Positions 20,128 through 29,342 of a stretch of DNA of 64,000 bases are shown piece after piece (position 1 is the stretch's first letter; every line of letters begins with the position of its first letter). The position numbers and the translations under genes were made by a program. Source of the DNA: Acidobacteriota bacterium (GTDB lineage Bacteria > Acidobacteriota > UBA890 > WLXD01); NCBI GenBank assembly GCA_963666055.2, contig CAXWPH010000001.1:1-64000 (forward strand), given 5' to 3'. The notes below the pieces were generated by a model. The model saw only the letters and a list, made by a program, of their open reading frames with translations. It had not been told where the DNA came from and did no database searches.

Positions 20128-20610
20128 CTATTCCTCCGGCTCGGGCACTATCTGGAAATGAAGGTGGACGATCGTCCAGCTGCCATCGCGCTTCACCAGC
20201 GTCGGCGACATCTGGTAGGTCACCGTCGGCACTGCCTCGCCCGGATTGGCCCGGCTCACCGACAGTATGTACGAGGCGACTGCCAGATCACCGCCCGGAG
20301 CCACGGCAATCTGCATGTCAGAGTTCTCCGCCGACGACAGACCACCGGTGGATTCGATGTACTCCGTCCAGTAGGCCAGATACTTGGCCTTGTCCCAGCG
20401 GCCCGACGGGCCCCACCAGGTCAAGTCGGGTGCGTAGAGGGCAAAGTAGCCCTCGATGTCATTGGCTCCATACGTTTCGGTCAGTTGCGCGACGGCATCT
20501 GCTACCTCAGCCTCGAGTGCCGCGCCGTCCTGGGCGCTCGCGCCCGCCACGCCGATCGCCGGCAGGGCAACAACCGCCAAGGCCAAAGCAAGCCTCACGA
20601 TCTTTCGCAT
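20128..20610 (-). CDS. Exported NTF2/SnoaL-like protein
   Basis: GAGGAG RBS; signal peptide ASA-Q; C-terminal KRDGSWTIVHLHF. Confidence 0.78.
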   Translation of the reverse strand: MRKIVRLALALAVVALPAIGVAGASAQDGAALEAEVADAVAQLTETYGANDIEGYFALYAPDLTWWGPSGRWDKAKYLAYWTEYIESTGGLSSAENSDMQIAVAPGGDLAVASYILSVSRANPGEAVPTVTYQMSPTLVKRDGSWTIVHLHFQIVPEPEE

Positions 20611-20633
20611 CTCGTCGATCTCCTCGCTGGACG

Positions 20634-21140
20634 TTAGTTGGCGTCGGTGACGGGGTTGTAGTGGAAATGCGCGATGCTCCACTCCCCGTCGCGCTTGAAC
20701 CAAGTCGCCGACATCTGGTAGGTGGCGTCTACCCTTTCGGGATCGTCCGTGATGCGCTTCACCTTGAGCAGATAGGAGGTCACCGCGCCGTCACCGGCGG
20801 GCGATGTGTGGATCTGTAGATCGCTGATGTTGGCCTCGGTGAGACCGCCGCCGCCGTCGACAACGCCGCTCCACAGCTCGTGGTAACCGTCGCGCGTCTG
20901 GCGTCGGCCGGGCCACCACTGGGTCCCATCCGCCGCGAAGGCGCCGATATACCCCTCCACGTCGTTAGAGCCATACGCGCTGACGAACTCCATCACCCGC
21001 TCGCGCACCTCGTCCTCGACGGTCGGCATCGGCTCTTCTGCCACTGGCTCAGGCGCCGGCTCCGAGCCGCCGCAGGCAGCGACGAAAAACGCCGCGACGA
21101 TAAGCCAATGGAGGTTCCTTCCTCTGAGAACCCGTCGCAT
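20634..21140 (-). CDS. NTF2/SnoaL-like lipoprotein, paralog of the downstream gene
   Basis: Lipobox VAAC; YGSNDVEGY and KRDGEWSIAHFHY motifs shared with the neighbour. Confidence 0.78.
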   Translation of the reverse strand: MRRVLRGRNLHWLIVAAFFVAACGGSEPAPEPVAEEPMPTVEDEVRERVMEFVSAYGSNDVEGYIGAFAADGTQWWPGRRQTRDGYHELWSGVVDGGGGLTEANISDLQIHTSPAGDGAVTSYLLKVKRITDDPERVDATYQMSATWFKRDGEWSIAHFHYNPVTDAN

Positions 21141-21324
21141 GCTGCACCTCCTCGAAAGTCTGATGTTGTTGAAAGTCTCGCTGAGTGCCGTACAGGGTTG
21201 TCAATCTGGCCCGAGAAGTCCAGCGCCCAGGGCAAGAAGTTCCCGGTTACATCCACGCTACCCTGTAAAGGGCAGAGCCCATCCGCGAATCTCGCACCGG
21301 AACATCGACTCGAGGAACGACACC

Positions 21325-23289
21325 GTGAATTGGAGGATCAACGCGAACGACAAGCGGCTCGGCATGGACCGGCGGATCACCCGCCGAGACCTCCTCAATG
21401 GCTCCGCGGTGGCCATAGGTGCCTCGCTCGCCGGGCGCGAAGCAGCCGGCCAGCCCGATGGCCGCGTTCGATCTGCGTCGCAGCGACCGGAGGACTACTA
21501 CCCGCCCAAGCTCACCGGAATGCGCGGCAGTCACGAAGGCTCGTTCGAGGTGGCGCACGAGATGCGCTACGGCAAGACCTGGGACAACGCCGAGGAGTCC
21601 GGGGAGCACTACGACCTGGTCGTCGTTGGCGCCGGGCTCAGCGGGCTCGCCGCGGCCCACTACTTCCGCAAGGCGCTCCCCGAAGCCAAGGTCCTGATCC
21701 TCGACAACCACGATGACTTCGGCGGACATGCCAAGCGCATCGAGTTCACCGTTGGCGATCGACAGCTCATCGGCTACGGCGGCACGCAGTTCATCACCGG
21801 CTACTACCCGGACGCGGGTAAGCAGCTGCTCGAGGACATCGGGGTAAGCGCCGAGCGCTTCCCTGGCGGCTCGGCGAACGATCTGTACAGCGAGCTGGGG
21901 CTTCGCGGCGGGGTGTTTTTCGACCGCGAGAGCTTTGGCGTCGACCGCCTGGTCGTAGGCGAGCCACGCCGTGCGCGGGGACCACAAGCGCGGCGGCGGT
22001 GGACGGAATTCCTTGGGCAGACGCCGCTGTCAGAAGCGGCCAAGGCGGGCATTCTGAAGCTCTACACCGAGGAGCGCGACTATCTGCCGGGACTCACCGA
22101 CGACGAGAAGATCGCCCGACTGCGGAGGATGAGCTATCAGAGCTACATCCTCGACGTCGTCGGTGTGCACCAGGATGTCATTCCCTATCTGCTGCGCCGC
22201 GGTGATCCGAACGGCGCCGCCGGCATCGACTCGTACAGCGCCTGGGGCGCCTTACGGAGCGGCTCGTTTCCCGGCTTTGGCGGTCTCGGCCTCGAGCGAC
22301 CCGCTCGTAATGCCGCGCCTGGCGACAACCCTTTCCAGGGTATCCACTTTCCCGATGGGAACGCCGGTATCGCCCGCCTGATCGTCCGCTGGCTCATCCC
22401 GGCGGCGCTGCCGGGAGGGACGATGGAGGACTCCGTGACTACACCGATTCGCTACTCCGAGCTCGACAAAGCCGGCAACCCGGTGCGGATCCGGCTTAGC
22501 AGCACGGTGGTAGGAGCGCGGCACGCCGGCGATCGGCGCAGCGCGAGGGAGGTCTCGGTGACCTATGTACAGAACGGACGCGCCCTTCGCGTACGTGCCG
22601 GCAGCTGCGTCATGGCTTGCTACAACGCCATGATTCCGTATCTGTGCCCGGAGATCCCCGCAGACCAGCAGGCAGCGCTGAAGATGGCGGTGCGCAAGCC
22701 TTACGTCTACACGCAGGTGGCGATCAACAACTGGACCTCGTTCGCGAACCTGGGCGTCGGCGCCATTCACAGCCCAGGAGCGTTCCACAAGACCATCGAT
22801 CTCGACTGGGGAGTCAACGTCGGCGACTACCGTCACTCGGCCTCGCCTGACGAGCCGATTCTGCTGTGGTTGGAACGCATTCCGATCCGACCGGGCCTGT
22901 CGGCAAGGGATCAGTTCCGCGCCGGCCGCGAGGAGCTGCTGGCAACGTCGTTCGAGACCTTCGAGCGCAACATCCGCGATCAGCTAGGCCGCGCCCTCGG
23001 CGAAGGAGGCTTCGATCCGGCTCGCGACATCGCCGGAATCACGGTGAATCGCTGGCCACACGGCTACGCAAGCGGCGGCAACGACCTCTACGACCCCGAC
23101 TGGAGTTACGACGAGGCGCCCTGGGTGGTCGGCCGACAACGCTTCGGACGGATCACCATCGCTAACTCGGACGCGGCAGCGATCTCGTTGACGCAGGCGG
23201 CATTCGAGCAGGCCCACCGAGCCGTTCAGGAGCTTCTAACCGACGTGATTCGACCCGAGTTTCAGTACCCGTGGGCGGAGCGCACCTGA
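21325..23289 (+). CDS. Spermidine dehydrogenase (SpdH)-like FAD flavoprotein, Tat signal (copy 1)
   Basis: TRRDLLNG, YYPP.LTGMRGSH, GAGLSG, DNHDDFGGHAKR, HFPDGNA, NRWPHGY and IANSDA motifs; GTG start inferred. Confidence 0.82.
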   Translation: MNWRINANDKRLGMDRRITRRDLLNGSAVAIGASLAGREAAGQPDGRVRSASQRPEDYYPPKLTGMRGSHEGSFEVAHEMRYGKTWDNAEESGEHYDLVVVGAGLSGLAAAHYFRKALPEAKVLILDNHDDFGGHAKRIEFTVGDRQLIGYGGTQFITGYYPDAGKQLLEDIGVSAERFPGGSANDLYSELGLRGGVFFDRESFGVDRLVVGEPRRARGPQARRRWTEFLGQTPLSEAAKAGILKLYTEERDYLPGLTDDEKIARLRRMSYQSYILDVVGVHQDVIPYLLRRGDPNGAAGIDSYSAWGALRSGSFPGFGGLGLERPARNAAPGDNPFQGIHFPDGNAGIARLIVRWLIPAALPGGTMEDSVTTPIRYSELDKAGNPVRIRLSSTVVGARHAGDRRSAREVSVTYVQNGRALRVRAGSCVMACYNAMIPYLCPEIPADQQAALKMAVRKPYVYTQVAINNWTSFANLGVGAIHSPGAFHKTIDLDWGVNVGDYRHSASPDEPILLWLERIPIRPGLSARDQFRAGREELLATSFETFERNIRDQLGRALGEGGFDPARDIAGITVNRWPHGYASGGNDLYDPDWSYDEAPWVVGRQRFGRITIANSDAAAISLTQAAFEQAHRAVQELLTDVIRPEFQYPWAERT

Positions 23290-23504
23290 GGCGAGGGAGG
23301 TGCACCGATCGCCGAGGGCAAAAAGGGTGAGGAGAGCTCGTCCATTGCTGGTGCCTCCCTGTGCACCTACAATCCGATGGGAAACTGCAGTTTTCTTGAA
23401 CATGAAGTGCGCTTACAACGCGGGGCGGGCGGAAGCGCTGGCGTGCACGTAGATTTTCACGGCCCAGCTCAACACCACGTTCCGATCGGTGAAGGAGTAG
23501 TGAG

Positions 23505-25028
23505 ATGAGCAAGAAGGACGACGAGAACGGCGGCCGGCGCGTAAGCCGCCGGACCTTCGCAAAGGGCTCGGTCGCCGCTGGCACCGCGGCGGTGGCCCTT
23601 CCCAAGTCGCTGTTCGGCGCCACTCCGGCGACGACAGCCGCGACGACTAAGACCCATGGCCGTGCAGCGCGCGTCGAGATGCGCACCGAAACCGCCGCCT
23701 ACGGTGGCAGCGGTGCGACTCCGCTGACGGCGCCGGTCGCCAAGAAGCCCAGCGTCAATGGCTGGACAGAGGGCCTGACCATTCCCCACGAGTACTACAC
23801 GGAGCCGCAGCACTTCGACGCCGACGAGGCGTTCGTGGGCGAGAACTTCTGGCAGTACACCGATCAGGCGAGCCGTATTCCGAATCCCGGCGATTTCTAC
23901 GTGTTCGAGTTCGGGCGCTCCGAATCTATTCTGATCGTCCGCGGACAGGACAACGAGATAAGAGGCTTCTACAACGTCTGCCGCCACCGCGGCTCGCGAC
24001 TGTGCCGCCACGACGCGGATGCCAAACCGAGCGACCCGCGCCTGTCGGTCAAGCAGCTTGGTCAGAGCGGTAGCTCACCGGTGTTCCGCTGCCCATACCA
24101 CGCCTGGACGTACGACACCGAGGGCAGCCTCATCTACGCCTACGGCATGCAGGACGACTTCGACCCGGCCGACAACGGCCTGCTCCCGTGCCACACGCGG
24201 GTCGCCGAGGGTCAGGTCTTCGTCAACCTGTCGAAGTCGGAGACCCCACCGGACTTCGAGTCGGTGGTAGCTCGCTTGCGCGCCCTCGCTCCGAAGTACA
24301 GCCTCAAGGACCTGAAGGTCGTGGCCCGTGAGTACTACCCGATCAACGCCAACTGGAAGCTGGCGCTGGAGAACTTCAAGGAGTGCTACCACTGCGGGGC
24401 GGCGCATCGGCCGCTGGTCACCACCCACAACTGGGATCACGACATCAGCGGCGAACAGAAGGCTCAAAAGGCCGCCGCGGTCGCCGCTTGGGTGCCAGAG
24501 GAATATCGGCGCCGGCGACGCGGCAACCAGCAGCAGGGCGGCCAGGGCATGGGAGGCGGTATGAGCGGTGCCGGCTCCGAGTACGACTCGCTCCAGTTGA
24601 CGGGACAGCTCAATCCGGGCTTCGTTACAGGCACCATAGACGGTAAGGCCGCGTCGATTCTGCTGCCCAACATCGACGACTGGCACCACGAGACCAACGT
24701 TGCCACAACAGCCGAGTCAACCGGCTACTGGCAGTGCTACGACGATCACGTTGCGGTGGCTCGGTTCACGCCGCGGACGGAGAACTTCACCGATTGCGAG
24801 ATCGTCTGGTTGGTGCACCCCGACGCCGTCGAGGGCCGCGACTACGACCCCGACAACGTCAAGGCGCTCTGGCACGTCACCATCCAGGAGGACATCTGGG
24901 TCACCGACAACAACCACGCCGGCATCGAGTCGAGTGCCTATTCCGCCGGTCGATACTCGATCATAGAGGGCAGCCCGGCCCGCTTCGTGGGCTGGTACAT
25001 GAAGGAGGTCGTCAAGGCGGGCAACTGA
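23505..25028 (+). CDS. Rieske non-heme iron oxygenase alpha subunit (GbcA/choline monooxygenase-like) with twin-arginine signal (copy 1)
   Basis: CRH...CPYH Rieske ligands; NWKLALENFKECYHC...H and QED iron ligands; N-terminal SRRTFAK plus hydrophobic stretch; AAGGAG RBS. Confidence 0.88.
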   Translation: MSKKDDENGGRRVSRRTFAKGSVAAGTAAVALPKSLFGATPATTAATTKTHGRAARVEMRTETAAYGGSGATPLTAPVAKKPSVNGWTEGLTIPHEYYTEPQHFDADEAFVGENFWQYTDQASRIPNPGDFYVFEFGRSESILIVRGQDNEIRGFYNVCRHRGSRLCRHDADAKPSDPRLSVKQLGQSGSSPVFRCPYHAWTYDTEGSLIYAYGMQDDFDPADNGLLPCHTRVAEGQVFVNLSKSETPPDFESVVARLRALAPKYSLKDLKVVAREYYPINANWKLALENFKECYHCGAAHRPLVTTHNWDHDISGEQKAQKAAAVAAWVPEEYRRRRRGNQQQGGQGMGGGMSGAGSEYDSLQLTGQLNPGFVTGTIDGKAASILLPNIDDWHHETNVATTAESTGYWQCYDDHVAVARFTPRTENFTDCEIVWLVHPDAVEGRDYDPDNVKALWHVTIQEDIWVTDNNHAGIESSAYSAGRYSIIEGSPARFVGWYMKEVVKAGN

Positions 25029-25051
25029 TCCCTAGCGAGTTACCGCAGCGT

Positions 25052-25083
25052 CGCAGGAGTCGATCTACGGGTCGGCTCCCGCG
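25052..25083 (+). terminator. Stem-loop after Rieske copy 1
   Basis: CGCAGGAGTCGATC-TACG-GGTCGGCTCCCGCG, homologous to the hairpin after copy 2. Confidence 0.5.
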
Positions 25084-25331
25084 TTGCTCATTGGATGCTG
25101 CGCCGCGGGGCGCGCCTGAGCCCGTACCCGCCGACCACAGGGCCGAAGTGGAGGAAACCCGCCGCGCCTATTGTGGTACCGCCTGCCACCGTGGTATTCA
25201 TCCTTCGGGCGACTGTGCCGGGTCTGCGTTGAGAGTGTCGCACGATGCCCCAGCCCGACTGACTCGAACGGTTACCGACGAATTCTTAGCGGCTCGAGAT
25301 CGATCAGATCCAACCGGCGAGGCAAGTACAG

Positions 25332-26843
25332 ATGAGCAAGAAAGACGACCACGACGAGAACGGCGGCCCGCGCGTAAGCCGTCGAACCTTCGCCAAGGGC
25401 TCGGTCGCGGCGGGCACCGCTGCTGTCGCCCTCCCCAAATCGCTCTTTGGCGCTACCCCGGCGACGGCCGCCGCAACGACGGCTACCTACGGTCGCGCCG
25501 CCCGCGTCGAGGCGCGCAACGAGAACATTGGGTACGGCGGCCGCGGTGCGGCTCCGCTCACCGCGCCGGTCGCCAAGAGGGCCAGCGTCAACGGCTGGAA
25601 AGAGGGCCTCACCATTCCCGCCGAGTACTACATCGAGCCGAAGCATTTCGAGGCCGACGAGGCGTTCATCGGTGAAAACTTCTGGCAGTACACCGATCAG
25701 GAGAGTCGCATTCCGAACCCAGGCGACTTCTACGTCTTCGAGTTCGGCCGCTCCGAGAGCATTCTCATCGTGCGCGGCAAGGACAACCAGGTGAGGGGCT
25801 TCTACAACGTCTGCCGCCACCGCGGCTCGCGGCTCTGCCGTCACGACGCCGATGCCAAGCCGAGCGACCCCCGCCTGTCGGTCAAGCAACTCGGACAGTC
25901 CGGTAGCTCACCGGTGTTCCGGTGCCCGTACCACGCTTGGACGTACGACACCGAGGGCAGCCTGATCTACGCCTACGGCATGCAGGACGACTTCGACCCG
26001 GCCGACAACGGCCTGGTTCCGTGCCACACGCGGGTCGCCGAGGGGCAGATCTTCGTCAACCTGTCGAAGTCGGACACGCCGCCGGATTTCGATGAGGCAG
26101 TTAGCTCGCTCACAGCTCTGGCTCCCGAATACCACTTGAAAGACCTAAAGGTCGCGGCCCGCGAGTACTACCCGATCAGCGCCAATTGGAAGCTGGCGCT
26201 GGAGAACTTCAAGGAGTGCTACCACTGCGGCCCGGCTCACCGGCCGCTGGTCACGACGCACAACTGGGATCACGACCTCAGCGATCAGCAGAAGACTGAG
26301 AGGGCCGCGGCGGTTGCCGCGTGGGTCCCGGAGGAGAGCCGGCGGCGACGTGAAAACGAAGATGCAGGCATGGGTGGAGGAGGCATGGACGGCACGCCCG
26401 GCTACGAACGCTTGACCGGGCTGCTCAACCCGGGCTTTGTCACCGGGACGATCGACGGCACGCAGGCGGCACCCTGGCTGCCTGGGAGGAAGGGAGGCGA
26501 CCACCGGACGGTGATCGCCACCACCGCAGAGTCGACCGGGTACTGGCAGTTCTACGACGATCACGTCATGGTGGTGCGGTTCACGCCGCGCACCGAGAAG
26601 CTCACCGATGCCGAGATCGTCTGGCTGGTGCACCCCGACGCAGTCGAGGGTCGCGACTACGATCCCGAAAAGGTCAAGGGTCTTTGGCACGTCACCATCC
26701 AGGAGGACATCTGGATCACCGACAACAACCACGCTGGGGTCGAGTCGAGTGCGTACAGTGGCGGTCGCTACGGCACCCTCGAAGGCGGCCCGTCGAGCTT
26801 CGTCAACTGGTATATGAAGGAGATCGTCCAGGCCGGCGATTGA
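25332..26843 (+). CDS. Rieske oxygenase alpha subunit with twin-arginine signal (copy 2, tandem paralog)
   Basis: Same motifs as copy 1; N-terminal half nearly identical. Confidence 0.88.
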   Translation: MSKKDDHDENGGPRVSRRTFAKGSVAAGTAAVALPKSLFGATPATAAATTATYGRAARVEARNENIGYGGRGAAPLTAPVAKRASVNGWKEGLTIPAEYYIEPKHFEADEAFIGENFWQYTDQESRIPNPGDFYVFEFGRSESILIVRGKDNQVRGFYNVCRHRGSRLCRHDADAKPSDPRLSVKQLGQSGSSPVFRCPYHAWTYDTEGSLIYAYGMQDDFDPADNGLVPCHTRVAEGQIFVNLSKSDTPPDFDEAVSSLTALAPEYHLKDLKVAAREYYPISANWKLALENFKECYHCGPAHRPLVTTHNWDHDLSDQQKTERAAAVAAWVPEESRRRRENEDAGMGGGGMDGTPGYERLTGLLNPGFVTGTIDGTQAAPWLPGRKGGDHRTVIATTAESTGYWQFYDDHVMVVRFTPRTEKLTDAEIVWLVHPDAVEGRDYDPEKVKGLWHVTIQEDIWITDNNHAGVESSAYSGGRYGTLEGGPSSFVNWYMKEIVQAGD

Positions 26844-26867
26844 TCTCCTGACGAGTCGCTACGAATG

Positions 26868-26906
26868 CGCGGGAGCCGATCTGCCGGTCGGTTCCCGCGT
26901 TTTGTT
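26868..26906 (+). terminator. Rho-independent terminator
   Basis: CGCGGGAGCCGATC-TGCC-GGTCGGTTCCCGCG followed by TTTTGTT. Confidence 0.7.
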
Positions 26907-27193
26907 GATAGCTACGTGAAGGCGTCATGCAGCGCGCGGCGACCTAGTCGCACCTCAGACGGCGGAGCGAGCTAATGTCGAAGAAAACTCCGGACGGGAT
27001 CAGCGGCGCCAGGCTCGCTGGCACGGCCTTGAGCGATCGAAAGCGATGACGCGTTGACTACACCGTCCAACCACCTCCGGTGTTGCGTTCTGGCCCAGGT
27101 GCATAGGGCTCGCAAACGCCACCATCTGGAACCGTCCGGAGATCTCTGGCACCCTTGCCGGCGATCTCGCACCGACCGGACCCGAGGGGCACC

Positions 27194-29185
27194 ATGACGA
27201 AGAACGATCGACAGCTCGGAATGGACCGCGACATCACGCGGCGTGACTTCCTGGGTGGCACCAGCGTTGCCATCGGTGGCTCGCTGCTCGCCGCCGGAAC
27301 GGTTAGCGCATCACCGGCCGTGCCTGGAACGGCAGCAAAACAGACAGCGGTGTCCTACCCGACGACCTGGAAGGTCGGCGACTACTACCCACCCAGGCTC
27401 ACGGGCATGCGCGGCAGCCACCCGGGCTCGTTCGAGGCGGCGCATGCGGTGCGTGACGGCAAGCGCTACGACAACGTTACCGACGTCAGCGAGACCTATG
27501 ACCTGATCGTCGTCGGCGGCGGGCTCAGCGGGCTGGCGGCCGCCTACTACTTCAAGAAGGCGCTGCCGGAGTCGAAGATTCTGATTCTCGACAACCACGA
27601 CGACTTCGGCGGACACGCCAAGCGCAACGAGTTCGAGGTCGATGGCCGTACCGTCGTCACCTATGGCGGCACGGTGTATCTGACAGGAGCCTATACGCAC
27701 GAGGGCGAAACACTCCTACGCGACATCGGTCTCGACTGGGATCGCTTCAACAACACCACCGCCTCCAGCCGTGATCTATACGAGGGTATGGGCCTTCAAC
27801 GCGGCGTATTCTTCGATCGGGAGACCTTTGGCGAGGACTACCTCGCTATCGGCGAGCCCCGATCCGGGGCCAGCGCTGCCGACTGGGAGGGGTTCCTCGC
27901 CAGCGCGCCGCTCTCGGCGGCGGCGAAGCGCGACATCACGCGCCTGCACACCGAGAACGCTGATTACCTTCCGGATCTCAGTCGGGAGGACAAGATCGAG
28001 AAGCTGCGCCGCATGAGCTATCAGGACTACATCCTCAACGTCGTCGGCGTGACGGCGGATGTGGTCCCCTATTTCCTCAAGCGTACCCTTGGTGGCCCCA
28101 ACGGCGCTGCCGGCATTGATTCGCTCAACGCGTATGCGGCGTTCCGACACAACTCGCTCCCCGGACTGAACGGCCTCCGACTCGGGGATCGTCCGGATCG
28201 CAGCTGGCTCGGCGACACCCACAACCCGCTCGAGGGTATCCACTTCCCAGATGGCAACGCCGGACTCGCACGCCTGATGGTGCGGTGGCTGAACGCCGAC
28301 GCGCTGCCCGGCAACACGATGGAGGACTCGGTCACCACGCCGGTGCGCTACGAGACGCTGGACCGGCCCGACAACGACGTCCGCATCAGGCTCAACAGCA
28401 CCGTGATCGACGTCACCCACGTGGGCGAGCGGCGCTCCGCGAGTGAGGTAGCGATCACCTACGTAACCGGCGACACGGCCTACCGGGTACACGGCAGCAC
28501 CTGCGTGCTGGCTTGCTACAACGCCGTCATTCCCCACATCGTGCGGGATCTGCCGCAGGAGCAAAAGGAAGCGCTCCACATGGCGGTGCGCACCGCCCGG
28601 GTATACACCAACGTGCTGGTCCGCAACTGGCGGGCATTCCACGAGCTCGGCCTCAACGGCATCCACTGCCCAGGTGGGTTCCACCAGAGCATGAGTCTCG
28701 ACTGGTCGACCAAGATCGGCGATTACGGCTTTCCCACGTCGCCCGACGAACCGATCGTGGTGCGTATGAACCGCGATCCGATCATGCCGGGCCTCAACGC
28801 TCGCGACCAGTTCCGCGCCGGACGCGAAGACATCCTGGCGACCTCGTTCGAGGACTTCGAGCGCAATATCCGCGATCAGCTCGACCGCGCCCTGGGGGCG
28901 AGCGGCTTCGACGCCGCCGAGGATATCCTGGCGATCATCGTCAACCGCTGGCCGCACGGCTACGCCGGTGCCGCCAACGACCTCTACGACCCCGACTGGG
29001 GCTACGACGAGGCACCGTGGGTGCAGGGACGCAAGCGCTTCGGCCGCATCACGATAGCCAACTCCGATGCCGCCGCCATATGCCTGACCCAGGCAGCGTT
29101 CGACCAGGCACACCGGGCGGTGCAGGAACTGATCACCGACGTGCTGCGCCCGGAGTTCCAGTACCCGTGGGCGGAGAGGACCTGA
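27194..29185 (+). CDS. SpdH-like FAD flavoprotein, Tat signal (copy 2)
   Basis: TRRDFLGG, GGGLSG, HAKRNEF, HFPDGNA and NRWPHGY motifs; GAGGGG RBS before ATG 27194. Confidence 0.85.
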   Translation: MTKNDRQLGMDRDITRRDFLGGTSVAIGGSLLAAGTVSASPAVPGTAAKQTAVSYPTTWKVGDYYPPRLTGMRGSHPGSFEAAHAVRDGKRYDNVTDVSETYDLIVVGGGLSGLAAAYYFKKALPESKILILDNHDDFGGHAKRNEFEVDGRTVVTYGGTVYLTGAYTHEGETLLRDIGLDWDRFNNTTASSRDLYEGMGLQRGVFFDRETFGEDYLAIGEPRSGASAADWEGFLASAPLSAAAKRDITRLHTENADYLPDLSREDKIEKLRRMSYQDYILNVVGVTADVVPYFLKRTLGGPNGAAGIDSLNAYAAFRHNSLPGLNGLRLGDRPDRSWLGDTHNPLEGIHFPDGNAGLARLMVRWLNADALPGNTMEDSVTTPVRYETLDRPDNDVRIRLNSTVIDVTHVGERRSASEVAITYVTGDTAYRVHGSTCVLACYNAVIPHIVRDLPQEQKEALHMAVRTARVYTNVLVRNWRAFHELGLNGIHCPGGFHQSMSLDWSTKIGDYGFPTSPDEPIVVRMNRDPIMPGLNARDQFRAGREDILATSFEDFERNIRDQLDRALGASGFDAAEDILAIIVNRWPHGYAGAANDLYDPDWGYDEAPWVQGRKRFGRITIANSDAAAICLTQAAFDQAHRAVQELITDVLRPEFQYPWAERT

Positions 29186-29342
29186 TCGCGTCACGGAGGG
29201 AGGACGGCAACGCATTAGAGGTCCATCCGGCACTCGGATCCCCGGAACACCGAGCTGATCTCGTCCGCAACAGAGGGCTTCAGCCCGAGAACACGCAAAC
29301 CTCGAGGTCCTGTGGCTCGTCCTCTTTTAGGGGAGGTACACC

